Shown here: positions 45,049 through 55,798 of the stretch, piece after piece
Layout: the number at the start of each line of letters is the position of its first letter
Numbering within the stretch: position 1 is the stretch's first letter
DNA from: Planctomycetota bacterium
GTDB taxonomy: Bacteria > Planctomycetota > B15-G4 > JADJEK01
Assembly (NCBI GenBank): GCA_016213895.1
Contig: JACQZJ010000009.1
Location: 10,246 to 74,245 of the forward strand
Direction: 5' to 3'
Length of the DNA: 64,000 bases
Program-made: the position numbers and the translations under genes
The notes under the pieces: generated by a model
Seen by the model: the letters and a program-made list of their open reading frames with translations, nothing else
What the model was told of the DNA's origin: nothing
Database searches by the model: none

Positions 45049-46905
45049 TCAGCCCCCGGCCCGGTCGAACAGCTCGAGCAGCTTGTCCTTCACCCACGCC
45101 TCGAGCGTGAACACGGTGCGCGGCGGGAAGCAATCGGCGGTCGCGATCACCGTGGTGCCGGTGGCGTCCTTGCTGCCCAGCGTCACGAGGATCGTGCCGC
45201 GGCGCTCCTCTTCGTCGAGCAGCGCGATCTCCAGTATCACCGCGTCCGCGCCGGAGAGCCCGTCCGCGTCCTCGGGGTCGCGCGCGTGGAACTCGAGCGC
45301 CTTGGCGGCCGGCAAGGCCGCAACGTACGCCTGGAAGTCCGAGGTGTTCCGCTCGCGGTCCGCCGGATCGCGCCAGAACTCCGCGGCCTGGGTGCGGTCG
45401 CGCTCGATCGTCAGGCTCTTCCCGCCGGCGCGGACCGTGACCCGCTTCATGCGCAGGATGTCCTCGGGGAGGAACTCCGGCAGCATGAACTGGCGCGGGT
45501 CGGCCGAGATCACGCGTTCGACCAGGTCCTCGGGCACGAGGTAGGCGGTGTCCGGGGCGCGGTCCGGGCGCCGCACCGGGACCGTGCCGGCGCCGTCCGG
45601 GTCGGCGAACTCGAGGCGCACGTGCTCGACGATTCCGGCGTTGTCCACCAGCTCGAACTCGAGGACGGCGCGCGGCGCGTCGAATCCCACGTGGCTCCAG
45701 GGGTCTCCGCCCGGGGCGGGCGGCAGCTCCTCCACGTCCAGGAAGTCTTGCGCCTGCAGGGAGGAGACGGCGAGCAGCCAGCCGTAGAGGAAGCTGCTGC
45801 GCTGGTCGTCGGCCGGCCACGCGAACGGCTCGATGATCTCGAAGCGTCGCGCCGCTTCCTTGAACTTCAGCTCCAGCGCGGGCGCGTCGCGGCGGCGCAG
45901 GCTGATGCGGCGCGCGGCGCTGGCCGTGACGCGGCAGAGCTTCGGGTCGCGGTACTGCTTCGCGTCCAGATCGAGGCACTCGAGCCCCCGCCCGCTTACC
46001 GTGAAGACGTGGCCGCGCTCCGAGTCGATGGCGCGCCGCGCGGCCGCCGGGTCGCCGCCCGGCGGCGCCGGGCCGAAGCGCGCCGTGACGCTCCGCCCGC
46101 CGCCCCAGTCGAGGACCACGCGCGTCTCGGTCGCGGGAACGAGCCCGACCGCATCGAGGTCCTCCTGCTGGGGATTGGCCTTGTCGAACGAGTCGACCTT
46201 GAGCAGGAACAGCCCGCTGACCAGCTGCCGCACCACCGCGCTGTCGGCGGCAAACGACCGGGGCTCCGCCAGCATCCAGTCGGTCGATGGCCGCTCGCAG
46301 ACGATGCGCTCGCCGCCCGGACGCACGACTTCCACTCTTCGCACCAGGTTGGCGTCGCCCTGCAGGAAGCGCGTGTCGCGCCACTCCTGGCGCCCCTTCT
46401 CCAGCAGGTTCGAGAGGTTCGCGCCCGTGCGGTAGAGGGTCTTGTCCCCCTCGATCATCACGTAGACGTAGTTGTACCCGGGGTCGCGCTCGCCGATGCG
46501 CAGGCGGCAGCCGCCGCCCTTCGGCCCGACGAAAGCGACGCGCGCCCGCGGCGGCTCGAGGCCGAGCTTCTTCAGCACGTCGAGCACCGGCGCGCGGTCC
46601 ACTTCGAGACGCGCATTGGCGCGCAGCACGTCGTGCAGCTGGTTCAGGACGCCCTGCTCCGCCCGATCGACGAACGGCTCCTTCCCCTCTACCACGACCC
46701 ACCAGACGCCGTTACGCACCTCGAGCGCCATCATCTCGCCGGTGGCGAGCGTGACGTCCAGGCGGTGTACACCCTCCTCCGGCCAGACCGGGACGAGCGG
46801 CGGCGGGCCCTCCTCGAGCGGCGCCTTGTCCTTCCGGAGGAACAGCAGGAGCAGCGCCAACAGCACGACCGCGGCCAGCAGCCAGAGTGTGGTCTTCAGG
46901 CTCAT
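45049..46905 (-). CDS. DUF4340-like membrane-anchored protein (ABC-2/GldG accessory)
   Basis: MSLKTTLWLLAAVVLLALLLLFL anchor. 618 aa of repeated beta-rich modules. The position directly after a GldG-like gene is the usual DUF4340 context. Confidence 0.55.
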   Translation of the reverse strand: MSLKTTLWLLAAVVLLALLLLFLRKDKAPLEEGPPPLVPVWPEEGVHRLDVTLATGEMMALEVRNGVWWVVVEGKEPFVDRAEQGVLNQLHDVLRANARLEVDRAPVLDVLKKLGLEPPRARVAFVGPKGGGCRLRIGERDPGYNYVYVMIEGDKTLYRTGANLSNLLEKGRQEWRDTRFLQGDANLVRRVEVVRPGGERIVCERPSTDWMLAEPRSFAADSAVVRQLVSGLFLLKVDSFDKANPQQEDLDAVGLVPATETRVVLDWGGGRSVTARFGPAPPGGDPAAARRAIDSERGHVFTVSGRGLECLDLDAKQYRDPKLCRVTASAARRISLRRRDAPALELKFKEAARRFEIIEPFAWPADDQRSSFLYGWLLAVSSLQAQDFLDVEELPPAPGGDPWSHVGFDAPRAVLEFELVDNAGIVEHVRLEFADPDGAGTVPVRRPDRAPDTAYLVPEDLVERVISADPRQFMLPEFLPEDILRMKRVTVRAGGKSLTIERDRTQAAEFWRDPADRERNTSDFQAYVAALPAAKALEFHARDPEDADGLSGADAVILEIALLDEEERRGTILVTLGSKDATGTTVIATADCFPPRTVFTLEAWVKDKLLELFDRAGG

Positions 46906-46907
46906 GG

Positions 46908-48434
46908 CTACCTCCGCCGCGCGAGCCAGACCAGAAAGGCCAGGACCAGGGCGCCGGCCGGCAGGTACACGGCCGTGTAGCGGAAGATCTCGTCCTCTTC
47001 TCCCGGCTTCAGGTCCGCGACGATGGCGCGCGGCCGGCGCGGCGGCAGTTGGATCGAGCGCTTCCTGCCGATGAGCCAGGCCGCGGAGCGCCGCAGGAAC
47101 GTGTCGTTGCCCGGGAAGTTGTAGAGCGCCCGGTTCGTCACCCAGGCGACGCTCGGCACGAACACCAGACGCGCGCCGGCGTAGGCGCCGCCCGGCTCGA
47201 ACGCGGCCCCGAGGCAGCGCTGGCCCGCGTTCTCGAGGCGCGGGTCCTGCTGGTAGTTGCCGGCCTTGGTCTGGCCGTCCGGGATGTCGCCGAAGGTGTC
47301 GGGATGGGAGGACAGAAGCGACGTGAACCAGGGGATGGCTTCGTCCGCGGGCGAGACGGCGGCGGAGCGGATGACCACGAAAACGACTCCGTCCTCGGCC
47401 AGCGTGTTCGTGATCTCGTGGCTGCCGTAGGTGCCGGGCGTGCCCAGGCGCGCCGGCCCGACCCACATTTCGGTCACGGACGCGCCGCGCAGCACGCCCT
47501 TCTGGTCGTAGCACATGATGTTGCGCTCGAGGCGCAGGCCGAGCCGCTCGAACAGCGGATCCAGCGAGCGATCGCCGAGCGGGTCCACGGCCACGAGCAT
47601 CTTCCCGCCGCCCCGCAGGTAGGCGTCGAGCGCCACGATCTCCTCGTCCAGGAACGCCGTCTGCGGTCCGAGCAGGAGCAGCGCACCCGCGTCCTCGGGC
47701 ACCTTGCGCTCCGCGATCAGAGAGAGCGGCCGCACGTCGAAGTTGTCGCGCGTCAGGGTCGAGCCGATGTAGCTCCCCCCCATCTCCGAGGCGTCGGAGA
47801 GCGACAACTCGCCGTGCCCGCTGATCACGTGGACCACCGGCTGCGCAGCCTGGGTCACCTCGAACAGGGCCGAGGACAGTGCTTCCTCGGCCGTGTAGGC
47901 CAGGAGGCGCGTGGGCTGGAACACGGGACTGGCCGCGCCGAAGTCGAACTCGGCGAGATCGGTCTCCAGGCCGAGGAATCGCCGGCTCTTCCCGGAGCGC
48001 ACGATGACCACGTTCGCCTGGCTCAGGCCGTGTTCCGTGAACAGGTCCCTGACCCGGTCGAAGTCGATGCGCGGGTCGAGGTTCTCCACGCTGATGCGGC
48101 CGCGCGCGCGCACGCGGTACTCCTGCAGCAGGTCGACCACGTACTCCATCGCCTTGGGGCGCACCTGGTCCACGTCCCAGTGCCAGGTGAGGCGGTCGAA
48201 GATGGTGATGATCTCGACGTCCTCCTCCAGGCCCTCCAGCAGGCGCGTGGTGTCGAGCCGCAGGGTGTAGGTCTCGGCCTGCGTCAGGTCGAAGCGCCGG
48301 CGCAGGTCGGTGAACCCGGTCAGCCAGATGCCGATCGCGGCGGCGGCCACGGCCAGCCCCATCATGACCAGGACGTTCAGGAGGATGCCCAGCCGCCGGC
48401 CACGGCCGAAGGTGCGCGCGCCCGGCCGCCTCAT
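46908..48434 (-). CDS. GldG-like ABC-transporter auxiliary protein
   Basis: ATG 48434 overlaps the upstream TGA (ATGA). N- and C-terminal TM helices flank a large extracytoplasmic domain. It follows ABC-2 ATPase and permease genes. Confidence 0.65.
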   Translation of the reverse strand: MRRPGARTFGRGRRLGILLNVLVMMGLAVAAAAIGIWLTGFTDLRRRFDLTQAETYTLRLDTTRLLEGLEEDVEIITIFDRLTWHWDVDQVRPKAMEYVVDLLQEYRVRARGRISVENLDPRIDFDRVRDLFTEHGLSQANVVIVRSGKSRRFLGLETDLAEFDFGAASPVFQPTRLLAYTAEEALSSALFEVTQAAQPVVHVISGHGELSLSDASEMGGSYIGSTLTRDNFDVRPLSLIAERKVPEDAGALLLLGPQTAFLDEEIVALDAYLRGGGKMLVAVDPLGDRSLDPLFERLGLRLERNIMCYDQKGVLRGASVTEMWVGPARLGTPGTYGSHEITNTLAEDGVVFVVIRSAAVSPADEAIPWFTSLLSSHPDTFGDIPDGQTKAGNYQQDPRLENAGQRCLGAAFEPGGAYAGARLVFVPSVAWVTNRALYNFPGNDTFLRRSAAWLIGRKRSIQLPPRRPRAIVADLKPGEEDEIFRYTAVYLPAGALVLAFLVWLARRR

Positions 48435-49177
48435 GACCACCTCCGCGACTCCAAGGCCCTGACCGCCAGGAACAGGCTGATCGCCGCGCCGATCAAGTAG
48501 ACCGCCACGAGCCCTGTGTCGAGGATCCCCTTGGCGAAGCTGTTCTGGAAATGGAAGAGGATCGACACGTGCTCGAGGGCCAGGCGCAGCCGGCCGCGCG
48601 GCATCTGCAGGGAGAGGAGCGGAGCGAAGAACAGGAGCAGGTTGAAAACCATGCCGAGGATGGCGGCGACGATCTGGTTCGGGCTCACGGCCGAGGCGAA
48701 CACGCCGATCGCCAGGAGCAGGGCGCCCAGCAGGAGGATGCCGGCATACGAGGTCGCGAGGATGCCGCCGTCCGGCAGCGCCCCGTAGGACTTGAGGACC
48801 AGCAGGTAGACGATCGACGGGGCCCAGAGCGCGACGTAGAAGGTCAGGGCGCCGAGGTACTTCGCCACGACCACGGCCACGTCGGTCACGGGCGCGGTCA
48901 TCAGACCCTCGAGCGTGCCCGAACGGCGCTCCTCGGCGATGAGCCGCATGGTGAGCAGGGGCGGCACGAAGAGGATGTTGATCCAGAAGAGGATCGAGCC
49001 GCCGAGGAAGCTGCGCACCGTCGCGTCGACGTTCCCCTGCATGTCGATCAGGCTGTAGCTGAACGCCAGTCCGTTGAGCACCAGGAAGACGGCGAGCACG
49101 AGGTACATGAGCGGCGCGAAGAAGTAGGACTCCACCTCGCGGCCGGTCAGGATCAGCAGGGTACGGATCCCCCTCAT
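48431..49177 (-). CDS. ABC-2 type transporter permease
   Basis: Six predicted TM helices. The ..LIAEERRSGTLEGLMTAPV.. motif is typical of ABC-2 permeases. ATGA overlap with the ATPase gene. Confidence 0.8.
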   Translation of the reverse strand: MRGIRTLLILTGREVESYFFAPLMYLVLAVFLVLNGLAFSYSLIDMQGNVDATVRSFLGGSILFWINILFVPPLLTMRLIAEERRSGTLEGLMTAPVTDVAVVVAKYLGALTFYVALWAPSIVYLLVLKSYGALPDGGILATSYAGILLLGALLLAIGVFASAVSPNQIVAAILGMVFNLLLFFAPLLSLQMPRGRLRLALEHVSILFHFQNSFAKGILDTGLVAVYLIGAAISLFLAVRALESRRWS

Positions 49178-50124
49178 CGCGCCCCTCCCGGCTCCTCGTC
49201 GTCGGCAGCCGTCAGACTGCGGAACACGTCCTCGAGGCTGGAAGAAGGCGCGCAGAGCTCGCGCAGCGCCGCGCCCGCGTCGAGCACCGCGCGCGCGACG
49301 CGCTCGCGCTGGTCGCCGGGCTCGGAGAACTCGATCTCGCAGCGCAGCCACCCCTCGCCCAGCTCGAAGCGCTCCACGCTGCGCGCGCCCGGCAGGCGGG
49401 CGAGCGCGCCGGCCGCGGCCTCCCCCTTCAGCTCGACGCGCACGCGCCGCCCCACGCCCGCGCCCTTCAGGAGCTGGCCGGGAGCGCCGTCGGCGACCAC
49501 CTCGCCTCGCCGGATGATGATGACCCGTTCCGCCACTGCCTCGACCTCGGGGATGATGTGCGAGGAGAGCAGCACCGTCTTGTTCTCGCCGAGCGAGGCG
49601 ATCAGGCGGCGCACCTCGATGCGCTGGTTGGGATCGAGCCCGGAGGTCGGCTCGTCGAGGATGAGGATGGGCGGGTCGTGGACGATGGCGTCCGCCAGCC
49701 CGACGCGCTGGCGATAGCCCTTGGACAGCTTGCCGATCATGCGCCGCCGCACGTCCAGGCAGCCGCAGCGCTCGAGGGCGCTCAGCACGCGGGCGCGCGC
49801 GTCGCGCCGCAAGACCCCCTTCAAGGCGGCGCGGAAGCGCAGGTACTCCTCGACGCGCATCTCCGGGTAGAGGGGGACGCTCTCCGGCAGGTAGCCGAGC
49901 TGCGCCCTCACCTCGACCGAGCGGCTCAACACGTCGCGCCCGGCGACCCGCACCGCGCCCTGCGTGGCGGGGAGAAAGGCGGTCAAGATGCGCAGCGTCG
50001 TGGTCTTGCCCGCGCCGTTCGGCCCGAGGAAGCCCACCACCTCGCCCTCGCCCACGCGGAACGAGACGTCCTTCACCGCGAGCACGTCGCCGTAGCGTTT
50101 GGTGAGGTGTTCGACCTCGATCAT
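49174..50124 (-). CDS. ABC transporter ATP-binding protein
   Basis: GPNGAGKTTT (Walker A), LSKGYRQRVGLA (signature), ILILDEPTSGLD (Walker B). Confidence 0.9.
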   Translation of the reverse strand: MIEVEHLTKRYGDVLAVKDVSFRVGEGEVVGFLGPNGAGKTTTLRILTAFLPATQGAVRVAGRDVLSRSVEVRAQLGYLPESVPLYPEMRVEEYLRFRAALKGVLRRDARARVLSALERCGCLDVRRRMIGKLSKGYRQRVGLADAIVHDPPILILDEPTSGLDPNQRIEVRRLIASLGENKTVLLSSHIIPEVEAVAERVIIIRRGEVVADGAPGQLLKGAGVGRRVRVELKGEAAAGALARLPGARSVERFELGEGWLRCEIEFSEPGDQRERVARAVLDAGAALRELCAPSSSLEDVFRSLTAADDEEPGGAR

Positions 50125-50204
50125 GCCGCGCCGTTATAGAGATCGGCAGGGCGCAGGTAATGGCGCGGAACGGGTTTTCGGCTGGGCGAACCCTGCCGGC
50201 CGCC

Positions 50205-52145
<1,941 letters not shown>

Positions 52146-52461
52146 CCACTCATCCTCCTGAGGACGACCCACCCGCGTGGTCGCGCCGTCCTCTGGTTTC
52201 TTGTTCCGGGTAGCTCTTGCGCTCAGGCTCTTCGATCCCGCACTTGGATCCGCCATTCTGACCAGCGCGATCCGCCTACGAGTAGCAACTGATACACCAA
52301 TCGCCGGTCAATGCAGCAGACTGCCTGACCGCGCCCATGGTGTTTTCTTCCAGTATCTTAGGTCGTTTTGCATGCGGTCGCCCGCGCTTCCTGAAGGAGT
52401 CCGGGTCAACCTGCCGCGCGTCAGTCTGTCGCGATCGGCCCCCAGCCCCTGCCCGCCGCCG

Positions 52462-53160
52462 TCACTCGGACGGTTCCTTCTCGGGCGGGTTCAAGGGCAG
52501 CGTGAGGGTGAAGGAGCTGCCCTTGTCCACCTCGGACTCGACCGTGACCGTGCCGCCATGCTCCTCGACGATGCGCCGGCAGGTCGGCAGCCCGAGTCCC
52601 GTCCCGCCCTTCTTGGTCGAGAAGTAGGCGTCGAAGATGCGCGGCAGCACGTCCGGGGCGATGCCCGGGCCGGTGTCGGTCACGGCAATGACCGCCTCGT
52701 CGCCCGCGCGCCGCGTGGTGACGAACAGCTCTCCCGGCCGCCCCGACTCCTCGATCGCCTGGCGCGCGTTGAGAAAGAGGTTCAGCAGGGCCTGCTGCAG
52801 GTACTTGCGGTCCACGCGCACGCGGGGAAGCGAGCGGTCGTACGCGGTCCTGAGGTCGATGCGCGCCTCGCGCGCCTCGGGCTCCACGAAGACCACGACC
52901 TCCTCGACCAGCAGGTTCAGGTCGGCGGCCTCGAAGGTCAGGTCGAAGCCGCGCGCGAACTTGAGGAAGTCGTTGACGATCGCTTCCAACCGGTGGATCG
53001 CCTTCTCCAGCACCTCGGCGCGGCGCGCCGCCCGCGCCACCGCGTCCGCTCCCTTGCGCTCCAGGTCCTCGCGCAGGAGCTGCAGGTTCACCTTCATGGC
53101 CGAGAGGGGGTTCCGGATCTCGTGCGCCAGCCCGCCGGCGAGCGTGCCGAGGTAGGCCAT
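52462..53160 (-). CDS. Histidine kinase core (HisKA + HATPase_c) without sensor or TM domain
   Basis: H-box GGLAHEIRNPL, N-box LLNLFLNARQA, G1 DTGPGI, G2 GGTGLGL. ATG 53160 is chosen because the track start at 53262 would overlap the divergent tsaC-like start. Confidence 0.7.
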   Translation of the reverse strand: MAYLGTLAGGLAHEIRNPLSAMKVNLQLLREDLERKGADAVARAARRAEVLEKAIHRLEAIVNDFLKFARGFDLTFEAADLNLLVEEVVVFVEPEAREARIDLRTAYDRSLPRVRVDRKYLQQALLNLFLNARQAIEESGRPGELFVTTRRAGDEAVIAVTDTGPGIAPDVLPRIFDAYFSTKKGGTGLGLPTCRRIVEEHGGTVTVESEVDKGSSFTLTLPLNPPEKEPSE

Positions 53161-53254
53161 GCGCTGGTGCTGTCTGCGGCGCGTCACGGAGCAGGTCCGC
53201 CTTTCGGTCCTCGCCCCTTCTAAACCATCGCCCCGGCCGGCACAATCGGCGCCC

Positions 53255-54313
53255 ATGATCACCGAGCTCCTGGAGGCCGGCGGCGAAGAAGCGCGCGCGC
53301 GCGCCGTCTCCCGGGCCGCGGAGATCCTGGCGCGGGACGGGGTGGTCGGGCTGCCGACCGAGACCGTCTACGGCCTGGGCGCGGCCGAGGGCCGGAGCAC
53401 GGCCCTCGCGCGCCTGCGCGAGCTGAAGGAGCGCCCGCCGGAGAAGCCGTTCTCCGTGGCGTTCTCCTCGGCCGAGGCGGCGCTGGCGCGCTTCCCCTCG
53501 CTCACCAGCCCTTTGCGCCGGCTGATCGGGCGCTTCTGGCCCGGCCCGCTGACCCTGGTCCTCTGCGACGGCGCGGGCGGCACGCTCGGCGCGCGCGTGC
53601 CAGGCAGCGAAGTGACGCGCGCGATCATCGCGGCCGCGGGCGCTCCCCTCTACCTGCCGAGCGCCAACCCCGCCGGGCGCGAGCCCGCGCGCGAGGCGCG
53701 TCAGGTGCTCGCCGGTTTCTCCGGCAGGATCGAAGCCGTGGTCGACGGCGGCAGGACGCCGCTCGGGCACGCTTCCACGGTGGTGCGCTGCGGCAGGGAA
53801 GGCCTCGAGGTGCTGCGCGCCGGCATTCTGAGCGAGGCGGAGATCCGGCAAGCCGCGGCCGTGCGCGTGCTCTTCGTGTGCATGGGCAACACCTGCCGCA
53901 GCCCCATGGCCGCGGCCCTGCTGAAAGCCGCGCTCGCGCGCCGCCTGGGGCTGCCTGCCGAACGCCTCGAACGCGCCGGCTTCGCCGTGGAATCGGCCGG
54001 GCTGCGCGCGGACGAGGGAGAGCCGGCCTCCGCCGGAGCGCTGCGCGCCATGGCCGCGCGCTCGATCGCGCTCGCCGGGCACCGCGCGCGCGCGGTGAGC
54101 GCGGCGCTCCTGGACGCCCAGGAGCGGGTGTTCGTCATGACGCCGGCCATGCTCGCGGAGGTGCGCGCCCTGACGCGGCGGCCGCAGCGCGTGCTGCTCA
54201 TCGATCCCGCGGGCGCGGCGGTCACCGACCCCTTCGGCGGTTCGGACCAGGTCTACGAGGAATGCGCGCGGCAGCTCGAGCGTTGCGCGGCCGCGCTGGC
54301 GGAGAAGCTATGA
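53255..54313 (+). CDS. Fusion: L-threonylcarbamoyladenylate synthase (TsaC/YrdC domain) + low-molecular-weight protein phosphatase
   Basis: YrdC part: [41 protein letters not shown] part: [18 protein letters not shown] (CxGNxCRS P-loop) and VTDPFGG. It is one uninterrupted ORF. Confidence 0.8.
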   Translation: MITELLEAGGEEARARAVSRAAEILARDGVVGLPTETVYGLGAAEGRSTALARLRELKERPPEKPFSVAFSSAEAALARFPSLTSPLRRLIGRFWPGPLTLVLCDGAGGTLGARVPGSEVTRAIIAAAGAPLYLPSANPAGREPAREARQVLAGFSGRIEAVVDGGRTPLGHASTVVRCGREGLEVLRAGILSEAEIRQAAAVRVLFVCMGNTCRSPMAAALLKAALARRLGLPAERLERAGFAVESAGLRADEGEPASAGALRAMAARSIALAGHRARAVSAALLDAQERVFVMTPAMLAEVRALTRRPQRVLLIDPAGAAVTDPFGGSDQVYEECARQLERCAAALAEKL

Positions 54314-54747
54314 AGATCGCGGTTGGGGCGGATCACGCGGGCGCCGGGCTGAAGGACCGCCTGTGCGCTTTCCTGCGCGAGCTGGGGCACGAGGCGCTCG
54401 ACCTCGGCACGCGGGGCGGCGCGTCGGTCGACTACCCGGACTTCGCCCACGCCGTGGCCGGGGCCGTGGCCGCCGGCCAGGCCGAGCGCGGCATCCTGGT
54501 GTGCGGCACGGGGCAGGGCATGGCCATGGCGGCCAACCGCCACCAAGGGGTGCGCGCCGCGGTCTGCCGCGACCTCTTCGATACGGGCCTGGCGCGCCGC
54601 CACAACGACGCCAACGTGCTGTGCGTGGGCGCGCGCGTGGTCGGCGAGGGGCTCGCGGAAGAGATGACCCGGGTGTTCCTGGAAACCGGGTTCGAAGGGG
54701 GAAGGCATCAGCGGCGGGTGGACAAGATCGGCCCGAACCCGCCATGA
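54310..54747 (+). CDS. rpiB: Ribose-5-phosphate isomerase B
   Basis: [46 protein letters not shown] overlap with the upstream gene. Confidence 0.9.
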   Translation: MKIAVGADHAGAGLKDRLCAFLRELGHEALDLGTRGGASVDYPDFAHAVAGAVAAGQAERGILVCGTGQGMAMAANRHQGVRAAVCRDLFDTGLARRHNDANVLCVGARVVGEGLAEEMTRVFLETGFEGGRHQRRVDKIGPNPP

Positions 54748-54757
54748 GGCCAGCGCC

Positions 54758-54949
54758 TCAGCGGTTGCGCACCGAGAGGCGGATGGTCTTCAGGCGCTCG
54801 CGGTTCTTGCGGCGGCGCCTCTCGCTCGGCTTCTCGTAGTAGCTCTTGCGCTTGATCCCGCGCGTCACGCCCTCGTTGTTGCAGATCTTGCGCAGCCGCC
54901 GGAGCGTCTTGTCGAGGGGCTCGCCCTCTTTGACCTGGACTCGAATCAA
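54758..54949 (-). CDS. rpsU: 30S ribosomal protein S21
   Basis: IRVQVKEGEPLDKTLRRLRKICNNEGVTRGIKRKSYYEKPSERRRRK. TTG start at 54949 with GGAGG 8 nt upstream. Confidence 0.9.
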   Translation of the reverse strand: MIRVQVKEGEPLDKTLRRLRKICNNEGVTRGIKRKSYYEKPSERRRRKNRERLKTIRLSVRNR

Positions 54950-54981
54950 ACCTCAACCTCCGTCGTCGCCCTGTTGGGCGA

Positions 54982-55458
54982 CTATCCAAGGCCCTCCGCG
55001 GACTCGCGCCGGCGGATCAGATCGAGAACCTCCTGGGGCGTTTCCGCCGCAACCAGGCGGCCGCGGAAGTCCGCGTCGTTCAGCAGCTTGGCGATCTCGG
55101 CCAGCGTGCGGATGTGGACCTTTGTCTTGTTCTTGGGCGTGACCAGCAGCAGGATGAGGCGCGCCGGCTTCTCGTCGATCGACTCGAAGTCGATGCCCTC
55201 GCGGGAGACGCCCAGGCTCACGAGGGTGTCGTTCACCTGCTCCATGGAGCAGTGCGGGATGGCCACCCCGTTCTCCATGCCGGTGCTCATCGAACGCTCG
55301 CGCGCGACCAGAGCCTCGAGCACTGAAGGGCATTCCGCGCCAGGGAGTCGTCCGGCCGCGACCAGCAAGCGGGTGAGATGGTCGATCACCTGCCACTTGT
55401 CGACGTCCCGGACTCCGAGCAGCACCGCCTCGGGCCGGAGCAGCTCCGATAACAGCAT
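54982..55458 (-). CDS. ptsN: PTS IIA-like nitrogen regulatory protein PtsN
   Basis: LSELL..ERERSMSTGMENGVAIPHC (phospho-His region)..LILLLVTP is the EIIA-Ntr fold. ATG 55458. Confidence 0.8.
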   Translation of the reverse strand: MLLSELLRPEAVLLGVRDVDKWQVIDHLTRLLVAAGRLPGAECPSVLEALVARERSMSTGMENGVAIPHCSMEQVNDTLVSLGVSREGIDFESIDEKPARLILLLVTPKNKTKVHIRTLAEIAKLLNDADFRGRLVAAETPQEVLDLIRRRESAEGLG

Positions 55459-55695
55459 CTTGGCTCCGTCCACTGCCGGGCGGACTTGCGCCCGCCCGCG
55501 GAAACCGTGGATCCTACGCCCTCGCTCGCCGCGGGGCAAGAGGAGGCGGGCGCGGCCGCCGCAAATCCAGGCATTTCCCCGGGAAGGAAGCGCTCGGCCC
55601 CTCGTCCCATCCATGCGGACGCCGGGCGGCGGCGCGCCAGTTCTCATGGCAAGCGGCCCGGGCCTCTCGAGGCTGTTCTAACATGCGCAGTCGCG

Positions 55696-55724
55696 TTGAC
55701 TTGGGAAGACCGTGCTCATAGGAT
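55696..55724 (+). promoter_or_regulatory. Candidate sigma-70-type promoter for the gspD operon
   Basis: TTGACT-N17-TAGGAT, about 75 nt upstream of ATG 55799. GGGAGGG lies 7 nt before the start. Confidence 0.35.
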
Positions 55725-55798
55725 CCGTGAAAACCGCGGTCGCTCAAGAATCCTGCCGCAGAGCCGGCAGAAACCACAGCGTAGGGAGGGGTTTTCGC

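Noticed and set aside
45049-50124. Gliding-motility gldA/gldF/gldG operon.
   Set aside because: The ATPase/ABC-2 permease/GldG-like/DUF4340 quartet is a widespread generic transporter arrangement. No other gld or spr genes are present, and the lineage does not look like Bacteroidota.
52146-52461. CIRCE (TTAGCACTC-N9-GAGTGCTAA) or a sigma-32-type heat-shock promoter in the comparatively AT-richer dnaK leader.
   Set aside because: I found neither the CIRCE inverted repeat nor a convincing CTTGAAA / CCCCATNT pair. Only the AGGAGG ribosome-binding site is clear.
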